Below are positions 1 to 11,596 of a stretch of DNA of 64,000 nucleotides, one piece after another. The notes beneath the pieces are model-generated. The model was not told the origin of the DNA. It searched no databases and worked only from the letters and a program-made list of their open reading frames with translations. How positions within the stretch are numbered: the first letter of the stretch is position 1; each line of letters opens with the position of its first letter. This DNA comes from Kondoa subrosea (taxonomy: Eukaryota): the NCBI GenBank assembly GCA_039545335.1, contig BCIN01000001.1, forward strand, positions 2,855,136 through 2,919,135, read 5' to 3'. The translations under genes and the position numbers were made by a program.

Positions 1-1413
1 TCCATGTGCCTTGTGCTCATATTGGCCCGTCTGTTCGCAAACAGGCTGGAAACGTTTGGTCCTCGCTGATGCGCCCCGTCAAGTCATCAATGCAGTCACA
101 CTATACTCATTTGGTAAAGCTCTCGACTTTACAACAGATATATCCAAGTATATCGATGGATCTTGGATCAAGGTGAACTCCGATCATATATGTGATTTTT
201 CGTAAAATCTGACCAGTGTCTGTTTAGGCGACTGTTCTCATTACAATGTGCTTCACTGTGGTCGTATGGGCTGGTTCAGCTGTCTTGCTTCTGATTGCCG
301 CCATTCTCTATGTGCCGTTATTATGCTATATTCAAGGGAATCTGAAAGAGTACTGCTGCCATAAGATCGATAAACGGTTCGTGTTCGGTTTGAACGCTTT
401 CAGCGTGAAGCTGATAGCGTCTTGATTAACATGAACAGAATAGCTGAAATGATGAAGAAGAAAACACGAAAGCGTCTATTACAAGAGGCTGCTCGAGCAA
501 GAAAAGAAGCTGCTGGCGATTTCAGTCATCTCAAAGATAAGAAAGGCAACCTTAAACAAAAACCTGCGGCACAACCTACTCTACCTAAAATCGATTTATA
601 CGACAACGATAGCAGTAGTCCTTACGGTAACGATCGAAAAGGTGGATCTTACTCTGAAGTTTCGTTAAGGAAAGAACCACTCTACTACCAAAACACTGCT
701 ACGCCTTCTGGTCATGCTTATCCACCTGCCAATGGATGGTCCGGGCGACCCGATGGACCTCATCCTCAACCTTCGTACGCATACGAAGAAAGATCTGACA
801 TTGGTGGATATGCAGGAAGCGTTCATTCAATGGATCGATTAGTTCAAACACCTTCAGCTAATGAAAACCACAACGATTTCTATCTTTCCAAAGCACCTTC
901 TTATCGCTCTCAGGTTTCACTAAACGATTCGAAATCCAGACCTTGGGAAAATGCAACTGATGCTCCTCCGGTTCCTCATTATGATCTAGATCAACAGCAG
1001 TACCATCAACCTCAACCTCAGTATTTCAATGATTATGCTCAACGTCAACAAAATGGAAGGCGATCACCTGGACCGAATGAGATGAATGGTGGAGGGAGAA
1101 GATCGCCTGGTCCGAATTTGCTGGATCATCAGCAATATGGCAGCCAAAGTCAGATAGGCGGATATCAGGAAGAGGAGTATCGGGTGAGTGATATTTTCGG
1201 CGTGTGCACTTGGGCGCTTAGCTGAGTATGCGGTCACAGCCTGTAAATCGGCGGCAACTCTATGAGCAGACGAGTCACAATCGGCAATCCTCGTATGGTT
1301 CAGCATACGGCGGGACAACTCAAGCGCGGCCAGAGTCAGCGTATGATTTAGGTGATTACTATGGTCAAGAACAGCAGGATTATAGTCAGCAGCAAGCGCC
1401 TTATAGACGGTAG
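1..1413 (+). CDS. KCH1: Kch1/Prm6-family fungal potassium transporter, 5'-truncated by window edge, multi-exon
   Basis: GWKRLVLADAPRQVINAVTLY, IQGNLKEYCCHKIDKR and KDKKGNLKQKPAAQPTLP match the KCH family; exons joined by ~55-nt GT-AG introns. Confidence 0.8.
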
Positions 1414-1611
1414 CCAAGATGTCATTGTAGAAAAAGTTCAGGGGGTTTATTTCATAATGCATTTGTGTATAAAATTCATGTACTCCCACGATGTTTGCAT
1501 CTTGATATTCCCTTGCCTAGATTACTGGATACAGATACTGTTTGCTATACACTGTTCAACTGACCACTGTACACCTTGCCAAAGCTGAAACTCCTTTCCG
1601 GACGATGTTCC

Positions 1612-2711
1612 TCACTTCTCTTGTGATCGCATCAAAGCTCTTGCTCGTTGTCCTTCCATTCGAGCTTCTTTCTCTCTCCGACTCATATCTTCTTCCGCTT
1701 CAATCAACCTTCTCTCCATTCCTTGCACCAATAGACTAACGCTTTGCAGATGGGCTATCAATCTTGCATTATCCGCTTGTGTTGACTGTACCGAAGGAGG
1801 CGACATAGTCTGTTCTATCGATGGAGTAGCTAAGGGAGATGTTGAAGTAGTCGCGTTGAAAGGATTTCGCTGAGTTGAATTTGACCGAATGACAGGCGAG
1901 GCAGATAAAGTTCGGGAAGATGTGGAAGAAGGGGAATCGAAAACTGTTTCTTGCCATTTCTCGCCGTATAGCTTTTGTAAATGAGCTTGCATAACTCGTT
2001 CTCTATAGCAGTACGGCAATGAAGTAAGGTTGGATATACTATTACGTGAGCGAGGACTGACCTGTTCCGTAGTGCTGAAAGCTCCGTCAAACTCTTCTCG
2101 TTCTCCCTTTGGTATGCGCCCAATAATCTTTCCTGCGTAGCGAATTGCTCTTTGAGACCTTCAAGCTGTATTTCGCTGACTCCGTTGTTGCCCTGCTTCT
2201 TCACTTGCTGCAACTCATTGACCAAGCCTTGTTTCTCTGCTTCTACTCTGGCCAATTTCGCTTGCAAATTTGCTAGCTCTTGAGAGTTCTCTGGAGAGGT
2301 TTCATTAACCAGCATAAGATCACTCCGTGAGCTCAGAGCAGATGAAGACCGAGAAGAAGTAGTAGAAGAGACTCTTGAATGGACAACTCGAGAAGCAGGC
2401 TTAGCTGTAGCTTGCTGCTGTGAATCTCCATCACTTGAGGCAGAGGAATGGAGTCTCTTGTTTGGCGTGAGAGAGGGTTGTTCAGCCAAGACTCGACTAC
2501 CGCGCTTGCTCAAGGAAGACATTATAGTCGCACTGTCATCTCTGAGTCGTCTCTGCAACTCTGGTGACCGAGGCCCGTTCGAACTTGAGATTGAAGAAGA
2601 TTGTTTAGTTCTGCGCGAAGGGCCATATGATCTCTCTCTGGCGGCGCTACTGAGGTTTGCTAGAAGGTCTTGAGGTATGTAGGCGCTGCTGTCGGCTGAG
2701 AAACTATCCAT
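1612..2711 (-). CDS. hypothetical coiled-coil protein (2 exons, intron ~2013-2061)
   Basis: ORF 1830-2711 splices into ORF 1612-2019; Ser-rich N-terminus then heptad-rich segments; no family recognised. Confidence 0.7.
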
Positions 2712-4818
2712 ATTCGCGTCAAAAGGGTCGCGGTAGAAGTAAACAAGTGGAAAGTATCAAAATGCATTGTACAAACAGAGGTCAGCTCTTCCGTCAGTAC
2801 ATTGTCAGATCAAAGAATGACCAAGACATATCCATCATATGAAGAGCTGCCCAAATCAAAGGTGTTCCAGCAATTTTCTGATGCCGAAGGCAGAAAGTCA
2901 GAATAATTAGTCACGGTGAAGCATTGACTTACAGATAGACAGCACAAGGTTGGCGAACCCTCGAATTGCCTATCCAGGACGCATGAAAAGCAACCTAGGT
3001 TGCGCAATCCTTGATTTGACTGGATACAGACCATCTCTTCTATCCACACACTATAATGCGCCGCACCAGCTCTAGCTTGACACCCTTGACGGCGAGCTGC
3101 ATATTTGCATAAAATAACGCGATGACTCCAAATGCGACACTACGAGATCACAAGCGACGGATTTTTGAGCTACAAGACGAGCCACAAGCAGCAACGTCAA
3201 GCCTTGCATCTAGAATAGAGCGACAGGCAAGGATCCTTCCTTGAATCTTTAGCGAACAAATTGTGGAATTTTAGACATCTTAGTCTCTCTGCTGCTCTTG
3301 AATGCCAACACATGAACAAGACGACAACATCTTGATTCATCAGGACATCACTTGAGTAGACTGATCAAGATCTTTGAGCTAGTGATACGAGCTGCCCACA
3401 CCGAAGCATAGCATGAACTTCATCAATGAGAGGAAGAACAGCGACATCTGAAAGACGAGCGCAAGCATGAGACTTGAGAGATGGTGTAAAGGTAACAGCC
3501 AGGTCTAGGAGCTTTCACTCCATTAACGCGAGAAGCAAGACAAGGACCGAGACAAGAAATCGCGAAGAAGGGTAGGATCGCCTGCCCCTGTCCTTGTGTG
3601 TAGCGGTAGGCGTCCTCTATATGTTGTCTGTCGATCAAAAGCGCTGACTACAGGGACGATTGGCTGACCTCTGAAATGGGAAAAAGTGATAGTCATGAGC
3701 AAGAGGTGAATTCATTGAGTGATGCATTTACAGCCACCGAGAAGTCACGAAAGCTACATTGTCTACACATAAACGATATGTCCTGGAAACACGCGGAGAG
3801 ACTTCCTCCTACCCCGGCAACGAACGCTTGTGAGTCCGCGTCGAAAATCATGTACGGCAGAACAAAGAGCAGCTCGAATCCAGAGAATACTCGCAAAGGA
3901 CTAGCCTAGTGACTGTATCAGCATGCTGCACACAGCAGAAGAGAGAGAGAGCAAGACTTACTACACAGAATGTAATCGGCCTCGAACAACTTTCTGAACA
4001 GCCCGCATTCCACAAGAGTCATGACTTGGAGGCAAGAGCAAAGCAAAGGAACGCGGCAGCAAGGCGGCAGCAAGAGGAGAAAGGAAGTAAAGATCAGGAA
4101 ATTCTCAAATAAAATGTGAAACTTTCCATGTCATTGCATACGACCCAATTTTACAATGCCTAATTCCTTCTTTTATATTTTAACGCCTTCAGATTCAACT
4201 GCACATCAGACCGTCGCCTTCGCAACCCGTCAACGCTGAACTGAAGAAAGCTACCCGAAGATAAAAACTTATTCAGCAGACATTGTCAGGCCATGGACAA
4301 GGTTCTCGCTTCAAAAGAAGCAAGAACAACAAGGCAAAGAAACGAGGCCAGGTCATCGAGGCTCTACCATAGAATGTGCTTGCGCAACATCATGGAAAAA
4401 GCATAAAGTTCTCGCTGGTAAAGATGGCAGTCGTGCGAATCATCGTGAGACGCTTAGGATATGGCAACGTTGAGTCTGGTAAGCGAAACAGGTTAGCCCA
4501 GCGTAGGAGTATAAGCGCGAGAAGAAGAACTGACTGTCAAGACAAATACGAAAGTTACATATAAAATGATCCTGACGAAGCTGCACAGGGTAAACTATCA
4601 GTACGATGAAAGAGTTGAATGTAGGGAGATCGCGAACTTTGGTCTTGAAGAAGAAAGGCTTTTTGCGAAAATTTGCGAGGTCGAGCAAAAATTGCCACCG
4701 AGTTCTAGCTTTCGCTAGCTGCCCTGCTAGTGCTGTTACTAAGTGTTCTATTCGAGGTTCTCTTGCGTAGACCATTGGATCTGGCTTGCAAGCAATTCTC
4801 ACTTGTCGCGACTCGGAC

Positions 4819-6312
4819 ATGTACGCGCTCAATGCACGCGTCATCGCATCCCCTGCTGCTCCGTGAGCGTGTTGGAAGTTGTGCGCGAGCTGCTGCTCAT
4901 GCATTTTCTGCTCGCTAGTATCCCTGAAATCAAGATTTCGACAGATCGTTATCTTGCGAGTCCAAAGGCAGTCGATAAGCCTCTCATCAGCCTAGCTCCT
5001 GGTCATCCGGCACATGCGCCTCACGACGATGTGATACAAAGGGTAGCAGAGAGCGCAAAGGATCCAGATACTTATCAGTATGGACTGGGCAGAGGCTTTC
5101 CACCCTTAAGACAAGCATTGCTGGAAGAGATGAAAGATCTCTATCGAGATCTAAACGATACTACGGCCGGAAACTCTGCGAAGATCGAATTGTCACATAT
5201 CATGATCACTTCCGGAGCCAATCAGGCCTTTTATGTAACAGTACAGGTAAGCAGTGTTGAATCTTGCTCGATATATGACTCATTTACTGTCTTCTGCAGA
5301 GTTTAGCGGAGAAGGGTGATGAAATAATCATTCCGACTCCTTGGTTCTTCAATCATGCGATGGCTTTGCAACAACTTGGAATCACTCCCGTTCCTCTTCC
5401 GTGCTCTGCATCAAGCGGCTTTCTACCTGACCCAAAAGCTGCCGAAAAGCTTATTACTGCCCAAACGAAAGCCATCATCCTTTGCACACCCAATAACCCT
5501 TGTGGAGCTTGCTATCCTTCGTCTCTTATGGAATCTTTTGCAGCTCTAGCGATCAAGCATAAGATCGCTCTCATCGTCGACGAAACATATAGAGATCTCT
5601 TACCGTCCAATTGGGAAGGAGAGAATCCAAGCACAAAGAGAAGACCGAGACCCCATAGCCTATTTGGGAAGCAAGTACAGGAGAAGCTTGGTCATCATTG
5701 GTCAGATTATTTGATTCATCTCTATTCTTGTGCGTTTGTGTGCAAAGATGCTTGCTAATACCTAATGCTCGCTTTGTAGTCAGTAAATCGCATGCAGTTT
5801 GTGGTGCACGCTTAGGTGCTCTAGTGGCATCGCCTACGCTGAGTGGGCGTTCTGTGGGCATGCTAGGCTCCAGCTGAACTCGGTGCATCATAGTGGAACA
5901 AGCGGACAAGATTATCGATACAGTCACAATATGTCCAGAACAGATCGCTCAGCCTGCTTTGGCATATGCGATACCGCGAACGAAGGATTGGCGGGAATCG
6001 ACTCGGGCGCACATTAATGAACTGAATCAGACCTTCTGCGATTCGATCACCGCAATCAATGAAGGTTGGGAAATTGGGTCTACTGGCTCCTTTTACGCTT
6101 TCGTGCGACATCCGTTCGAAGGTAGAAGCAGCAAAGCAGTAGCATTGGAAATGATTGAAGAAGCAGGAGTAAGCTGTTTGCCAGGCAGCTTTTTCCAGCC
6201 AGCAGAAGAAGAGGGCAAAGAGGACGACAGATGGCTACGATTCAGTGTGCCGAATGTCACAATAGATCAGCTCAAGCAAGTCGGAGCAAGACTGAAAGGA
6301 CTGAAGATGTAA
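4819..6312 (+). CDS. PLP-dependent class I/II aminotransferase, multi-exon
   Basis: Spliced start MYALNARVIASPAAPIPEIK; motifs ITSGANQAF, CTPNNPCG, IVDETY, YS(F)SKSHAVCGARLG (PLP lysine across an intron), WLRFSV. Confidence 0.9.
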
Positions 6313-6437
6313 CTACTTTTGTAATTGTCGTGAACTGAATTATAGTGTACATACAACATTGCCCTTAACTTGTTTTCCCTTTTGTGCAAACTCGATACTG
6401 ATCGGGTATAGTGAAATTGTTCGGATCCTTCTACTTT

Positions 6438-9094
6438 TCAGATACGTGCCCTGCATTTTGGACAAAGTAGCTCAAGATCAGCATCAGGGTCTTCTTTCTT
6501 TCCAGCACTGCAAGAGAGAGGCTTAGTCAGACAGCTCATAAGTAGCTAACATACGGACATATCTGGACCGTCTTCGTTACCTGCATATCGATCCAGTTTG
6601 TCGTCTTGCGCTTCTCGCCATGCATTAAATTCGACCTCCTCGTAATCTTCCCATTGCCTCAAGTCAGCAAAGTCTGGGTCGCCTTGGGCTTGCCGAATGA
6701 TCATAGTCCGAGCAGCGTCGACTACAGGATAACTGAGAAGACCGTCAGTTTCTGTTACTGCATGGTCAAGCACTGTGTACTGACTTGCCAACAAGTCCAT
6801 ACGGTCCGCCTCTTCTAACAGACTGCTTAGCGATATCCCACAAAGCTGGAGCCTGTGTCGAGGTCAGCATACAGCATCACACACATCAAAGACCGCATAC
6901 TATTTTTGCAGACTTTTTCTTTGGGAAATTAGCAATGGGATTGATTTTCTTATCGCGGACTAGTCCGTCTTGCTGTTCTTTGAGACAGTGCATATGATAC
7001 CAAGCTCCGTATTTTCCGACACCACATATTTCGGAAGCGCAATGTCGCATGATCGAATCAGGGCTATACGGATCGGCGCAATTGCAAGGTCGAGGCAACC
7101 GGTATTTGTAGGCATTTCCACTGCTGTTGAGGTTCTCCGATTGCTGCATCAAGGTCTTAGACGATTTTAACGCAGATTGATAGCATTACAAGACATACCC
7201 AGCTTTTCTCGTTGATGTTCTTCCAGTTCAAGCCCAGGCCTTTGACCTTCATGCGATGAAAGAAGAAGTGATCGTTGTCGGCAGCCCATTTGCCTGAGCC
7301 AGCTTCAATAGCATGGCTAGCGGGAGCAGCAGTATAAGAGTTATCTGACTCTTGCCAAAGTTGAACGGAAGCTTGACCTGTGGGTGCTGTATCGCGGAAT
7401 TTGGTAATACTGCATTTGCCTGTAAGATCGAATGAACTCTGAGCATGTCAATGCATTAGATCCCCAATTGCTTACCGCAGAGGGACTCGATCGGAATTTC
7501 TGGCTTGTTCTGGACCCAGTCTGACCAGAAGCTGTGAATTATGTCAGCACAATATCGCGGACATGTAAAAGCTGCGTACACTTCTTTGTTGCCCATCTGA
7601 TTATAAGGTTAGCTAGGTAAGGCTAAAGAAGAGCTAAACTAACGAAGCCTTTCTCATCTTGTATCAAAGGGTGATTGCTAATACGGTAGCTCGGTCAGAA
7701 ACAGTACATGAGAAACACAGGAGACTGACATTCCGTAGGCATTCATCTCCTGCCAAGTCAACCACCATCTGACTTCCAAAGTTGCATCTAAATCCATTTC
7801 ACCATCTGCCCATTCGTCCATATCGCTTCTTCTGATCTTGCGAACAGTTCCAATCCAATATCTGATTACAATAGCTAATCAGTCCCAAAAAGGAACCGCT
7901 ACGCCGAGACTGTACTCACAAATCATCTTTGTTTTCTTTGTAGACAATATTATCCCTTTTGGCAGTTGCTTTGCCTTTCCTATAACCAGTTTCACCTCTG
8001 ATTATGAAAGAATCCCCAACTCTAACATCTAAAATCTCGCCAGGTTGATTCGATCCAGGCCAAGCCAACAGCTGAACTTGAACATGTTGAGGTTCCACAG
8101 CCATTTCTTCCCATCGGCGATCTTTAGGTCTTTTCACTCTACCCGGTGAAGCTAAAGTGGAAGTTTTGGGTTGTTTGCGTGATAAAGGATGAGCAGGTCT
8201 TTTAGCTGCCACAGGTGGTCTTTTAGCTGGTGCTTTGACTGATTTGACTGGAGGTGCAGGTGCTTCCTCCTCTTCCTCTTCGTCTTCTTCTTCTTCTTCG
8301 GGGTCCGGATCAGTAGTAGGCGGTCGGAAGAGTGGTTTCTTGCCTGCTGCTTTACGAATCTCAACAGCAGGCGGTTGAGGTAAATCGTCATCTTCTTCAT
8401 CTTCCTCGTAATCATCATCTTCTTGAGTATTTGCGGCAGCAGGAGCAGATTTCCGACGTAGATTCTTTCCTTGACCTTTGTAAGTCTTCTTTGGTGATTT
8501 GGAAGGAGCAGAACGAGGTAAAGCAGCTGCTATTTCGCCATGCAAAGCTCTTTTTCTCGCTTCGAGCGTATCTTCTTGATCCTGACTACTACTTGAAGCA
8601 CTTGCGCCAGTAGCTCCTGGCTGAGAAGCATAAGGATTGACAGGTCTCCTAGCAGGTATTCGTCCTTCCTCCTCTTCTTCCTCTACATCTTCTTCTTGCT
8701 CAGGTTCTCCAGGTTGAACGATTGGAGCAGGTCTAGGTTGCGAGTTGTTCGTGACATTTTGAGATGCTTGAGATTTAGCTGCTTCTTGACTGCTTTCATC
8801 TTCCTCTTGTGGATCATCATCGACTTCCACAACGGTACTAGCATTTGATCGTGTTGCAGTAGCACGCGTCGTAGGTCTAGAAGAAGGTCCGCCAGTCCGA
8901 GCGGCAGAAGAGGTTCGCATAGCTTGAGTGCCAGTCAATGCTTGACGAGTTCGAGTTGCAGGAGTCAGACTACGTTGGCGGTTGTTTTCATCAGAAGAGG
9001 CTTGACTGGAAGATCTTTCTTTTTGTTGTGTCGCATCGTTGTTAGCTCCAGAGGTCCGACCACCGCGTCCGAGCAGATTGTAAAGGCCTTGCAT
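6438..9094 (-). CDS. BAH domain plus split PHD finger chromatin reader (EPR-1/BP1/EBS-like) with long disordered N-terminus
   Basis: VRVGDSFII...YWIGTVRKIR...LEVRWW...FWSDW (BAH-like); CNCADPYSPD...CASEIC...WYHMHCL plus C-terminal LLCPKCRARI (PHD); IAKQSVRRGGPYGLVG motif. Confidence 0.7.
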
Positions 9095-9306
9095 TGCGAG
9101 GTCTTATTGATATTTGGGGGAAAGTCTTGTCTATGAAGGATTCTGGAGCGAGTACACAGGACACGCGCGGAATGAGTGAAGAGAGGGGTATAATATAGGG
9201 AGACGCCTCTTAGATAGCGCTACAGCACATCCTTTGAACAAAACACACTTGGAAGTCTTGCGCCAACCCAAACTCACTTCTTGCGAAAATGTCTCTCTCT
9301 GCCTAG

Positions 9307-10789
9307 ATGCTCAATCTGCTGCATTTTAGGCAGTATGGCTTCAGTACAGCCGTTCGGCGCTACAGTACGAGCATAGATCCATCAGGCGTAAGTCTTTTCC
9401 GTGACTGGAATGTCCATTGTTGACATTTGTCAAACGAAGCCTTCTATCTTTATTTCTCACTCTACTGATCCGTATCTAAATCTTTCAATTGAAGATTGGT
9501 GGGCTTTTCTCGCTTTCTTCCGTCTTTGGATTTCTCTTATCTGAGAGATAAGGCTCTTTCGGAAATCTGATCCATCTCATATCCTACTCTTTCTCTATCG
9601 CAATACTCCATCAGTGATAATAGGTCGTAATCAAGTGCGTTTGGGTCTTTATGATTCTCCCTGACAAGCTGATTCGGTTGCATAGAACCCATGGAAAGAG
9701 ATCAATCTCCCTCGATTACGAGAACTAGGCATGCCTTTCGTTCGACGACGTAGTGGAGGTGGAACAGTCTATCACGTTCGCTGTTCTTCCCCTCTCGGTG
9801 TCTTTCCATTACTAAAAGTCTAAAATCAGGATCTAGGCAACACCAACTATTGCATCTTCGTCCCTCGCCTACAATTCGATAGAAAAACGAACGCAACGTT
9901 AGTGAGTCAAGCAGTAAGAACGTTAGGTGTTCCAGCATACGTGAACGAACGGAATGACATTTGTGTTGAAGACGCAAAGATGAGTTTCTTATTTCACATG
10001 AACAGGACTTGTAAGCTGATAGAATCTCAAATTTACGTCTCTGGCTCTGCTTTCAAGTTGTCCAACCAGAGAGCATATCATCATGGAACTATGTTAATCG
10101 AAGCGAAACTCCATGATCTTCGAGGTTTACTAAAGAATACAAAAGTGATGATACCCTTTCATTTCATCTTTAGTATGGTAATCTGACGGTAGCGTTCCAG
10201 TCTGGTATAACAACCAAAGGAGTTGCTTCCGTTCCCTCTAAAGTAAAGAATCTGGAAGATTGGAGTTCGACAGTCGATCATGATGGATTTGTCAATGCCG
10301 TGACAGAAGGTTTCGCTACAAGATACAAGCATGGGCGAAAAGACATACAGGTCCGCGCACGAAGATGTCTTGCGCAGCAGTACTCAGTGTTGAGCAGGTC
10401 CTCGATGATTCGATCATGGAATCGAATGAGTTCGTCAAGCAAGGTTATGAAGAATTGCAGAGCTGGGAATGGAAGTATGGTCAAACACCTGAATTCACGC
10501 ATGATCTGCAAAGGACGCTGCCAGGAATGGACACAGTCAATTTTACCTCGGCATTTTTGAGACGAGGAGCTGATGAAGTGTACAGTCGGTGAAAATTACT
10601 TCGAAACATGGTCTGATAACGAAGTTCGAATATGACACAACATCAACGGAAGCAGATGATGCTTTGGCGAGCATACAAGCCACGATTGTCGGTGACCAGT
10701 ACGCAACGCTAGAGAAGCTCAAGAAGAATATCGACAAGTCAGACAAGCTAACACAAAGCATGATAGAATGGCTAGAAGCTGAAATGTGA
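9307..10789 (+). CDS. AIM22: mitochondrial lipoate-protein ligase A (Lip3/Aim22), multi-exon
   Basis: [65 protein letters not shown]. Confidence 0.92.
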
Positions 10790-10817
10790 CATATTACATG
10801 TTGTATAATTGCTGAGG

Positions 10818-11517
10818 TTACGATGAAGATGTCCGTTTTATTTCGAGATGCTGTAGAGGAAGTACTGCTGCCGATATCCTTCTCCCCTCTTCCGCTAGCA
10901 TGTTGTATGTTGAGCAAGCATTCCACTGTACCAGAATGAGCTGATGCTTTAAGGGAGAAGTGCAAGACAAACCGAATCAAGGACATCGACTTGCATGCCC
11001 AGTCCGTTGAGATACTTCTTGAGGAAAGGCGGCAAAGGCATCATACTCTTGCCAGTCCCAATCAACAATATTTCTGCTCATAATTTCAGCTACGAAATGA
11101 GCAACGTATCAAGAGACGAACCTGGTCTGGGTGCTACTATATCATAGATTTTGAAATGATCAACGCTCCAGCCAGTCCATTTCAGATCTTTCGGTACAGG
11201 TGGTGCATCCCACATGAACAGCGTCCCATTGATAAAGATGCAAGGTGAAGGGACCAGAAGCCCATCGACGAATTGGAACCCTTGCGGTGTGATGGTTTTC
11301 ACTTCTATTGCAGGCCGCGCTGCATCGTCATGGATATTCACGAAACTGTGATATAGTTCAGAGGGAGAAAAGACACCGAGCATGGTATGACACACTCGTC
11401 AAAGATTCGCTTGCGAGAAACGCTTGTGTGGAGATTGGCTGAAGCTACAGCTCTTGGTAGCTGTTGGGACACCACTCGTTGACTCGTAGAAGCTATCAGA
11501 GAAGATACTTTGTTCAT
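10818..11517 (-). CDS. NDUFAF3: NDUFAF3/Mth938-domain complex I assembly factor
   Basis: PRPEILLIGTGK...GMQVDVLDS/WNACSTYNMLAEEGRRISAAVLP after splicing; basic mitochondrial-type N-terminus. Confidence 0.88.
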
Positions 11518-11596
11518 TGCGATTGGAAAAGAAAGTGCTTGAATGCAACATGCGAAATAAAATAATAAAATACAAGATGATGACTATATACTGGAA

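Noticed and set aside
4440..4510. TPP-riboswitch-like CAGGTTAGCCCAGCGTAGG upstream of the aminotransferase
   Set aside because: No properly placed CTGAGA or ACCTGAT core and no supporting stems.
4684..4700. Sm-site-like GGCAATTTTTG on the minus strand resembling the U4 3' end
   Set aside because: No U1, U2, U4 or U5 conserved sequence upstream.
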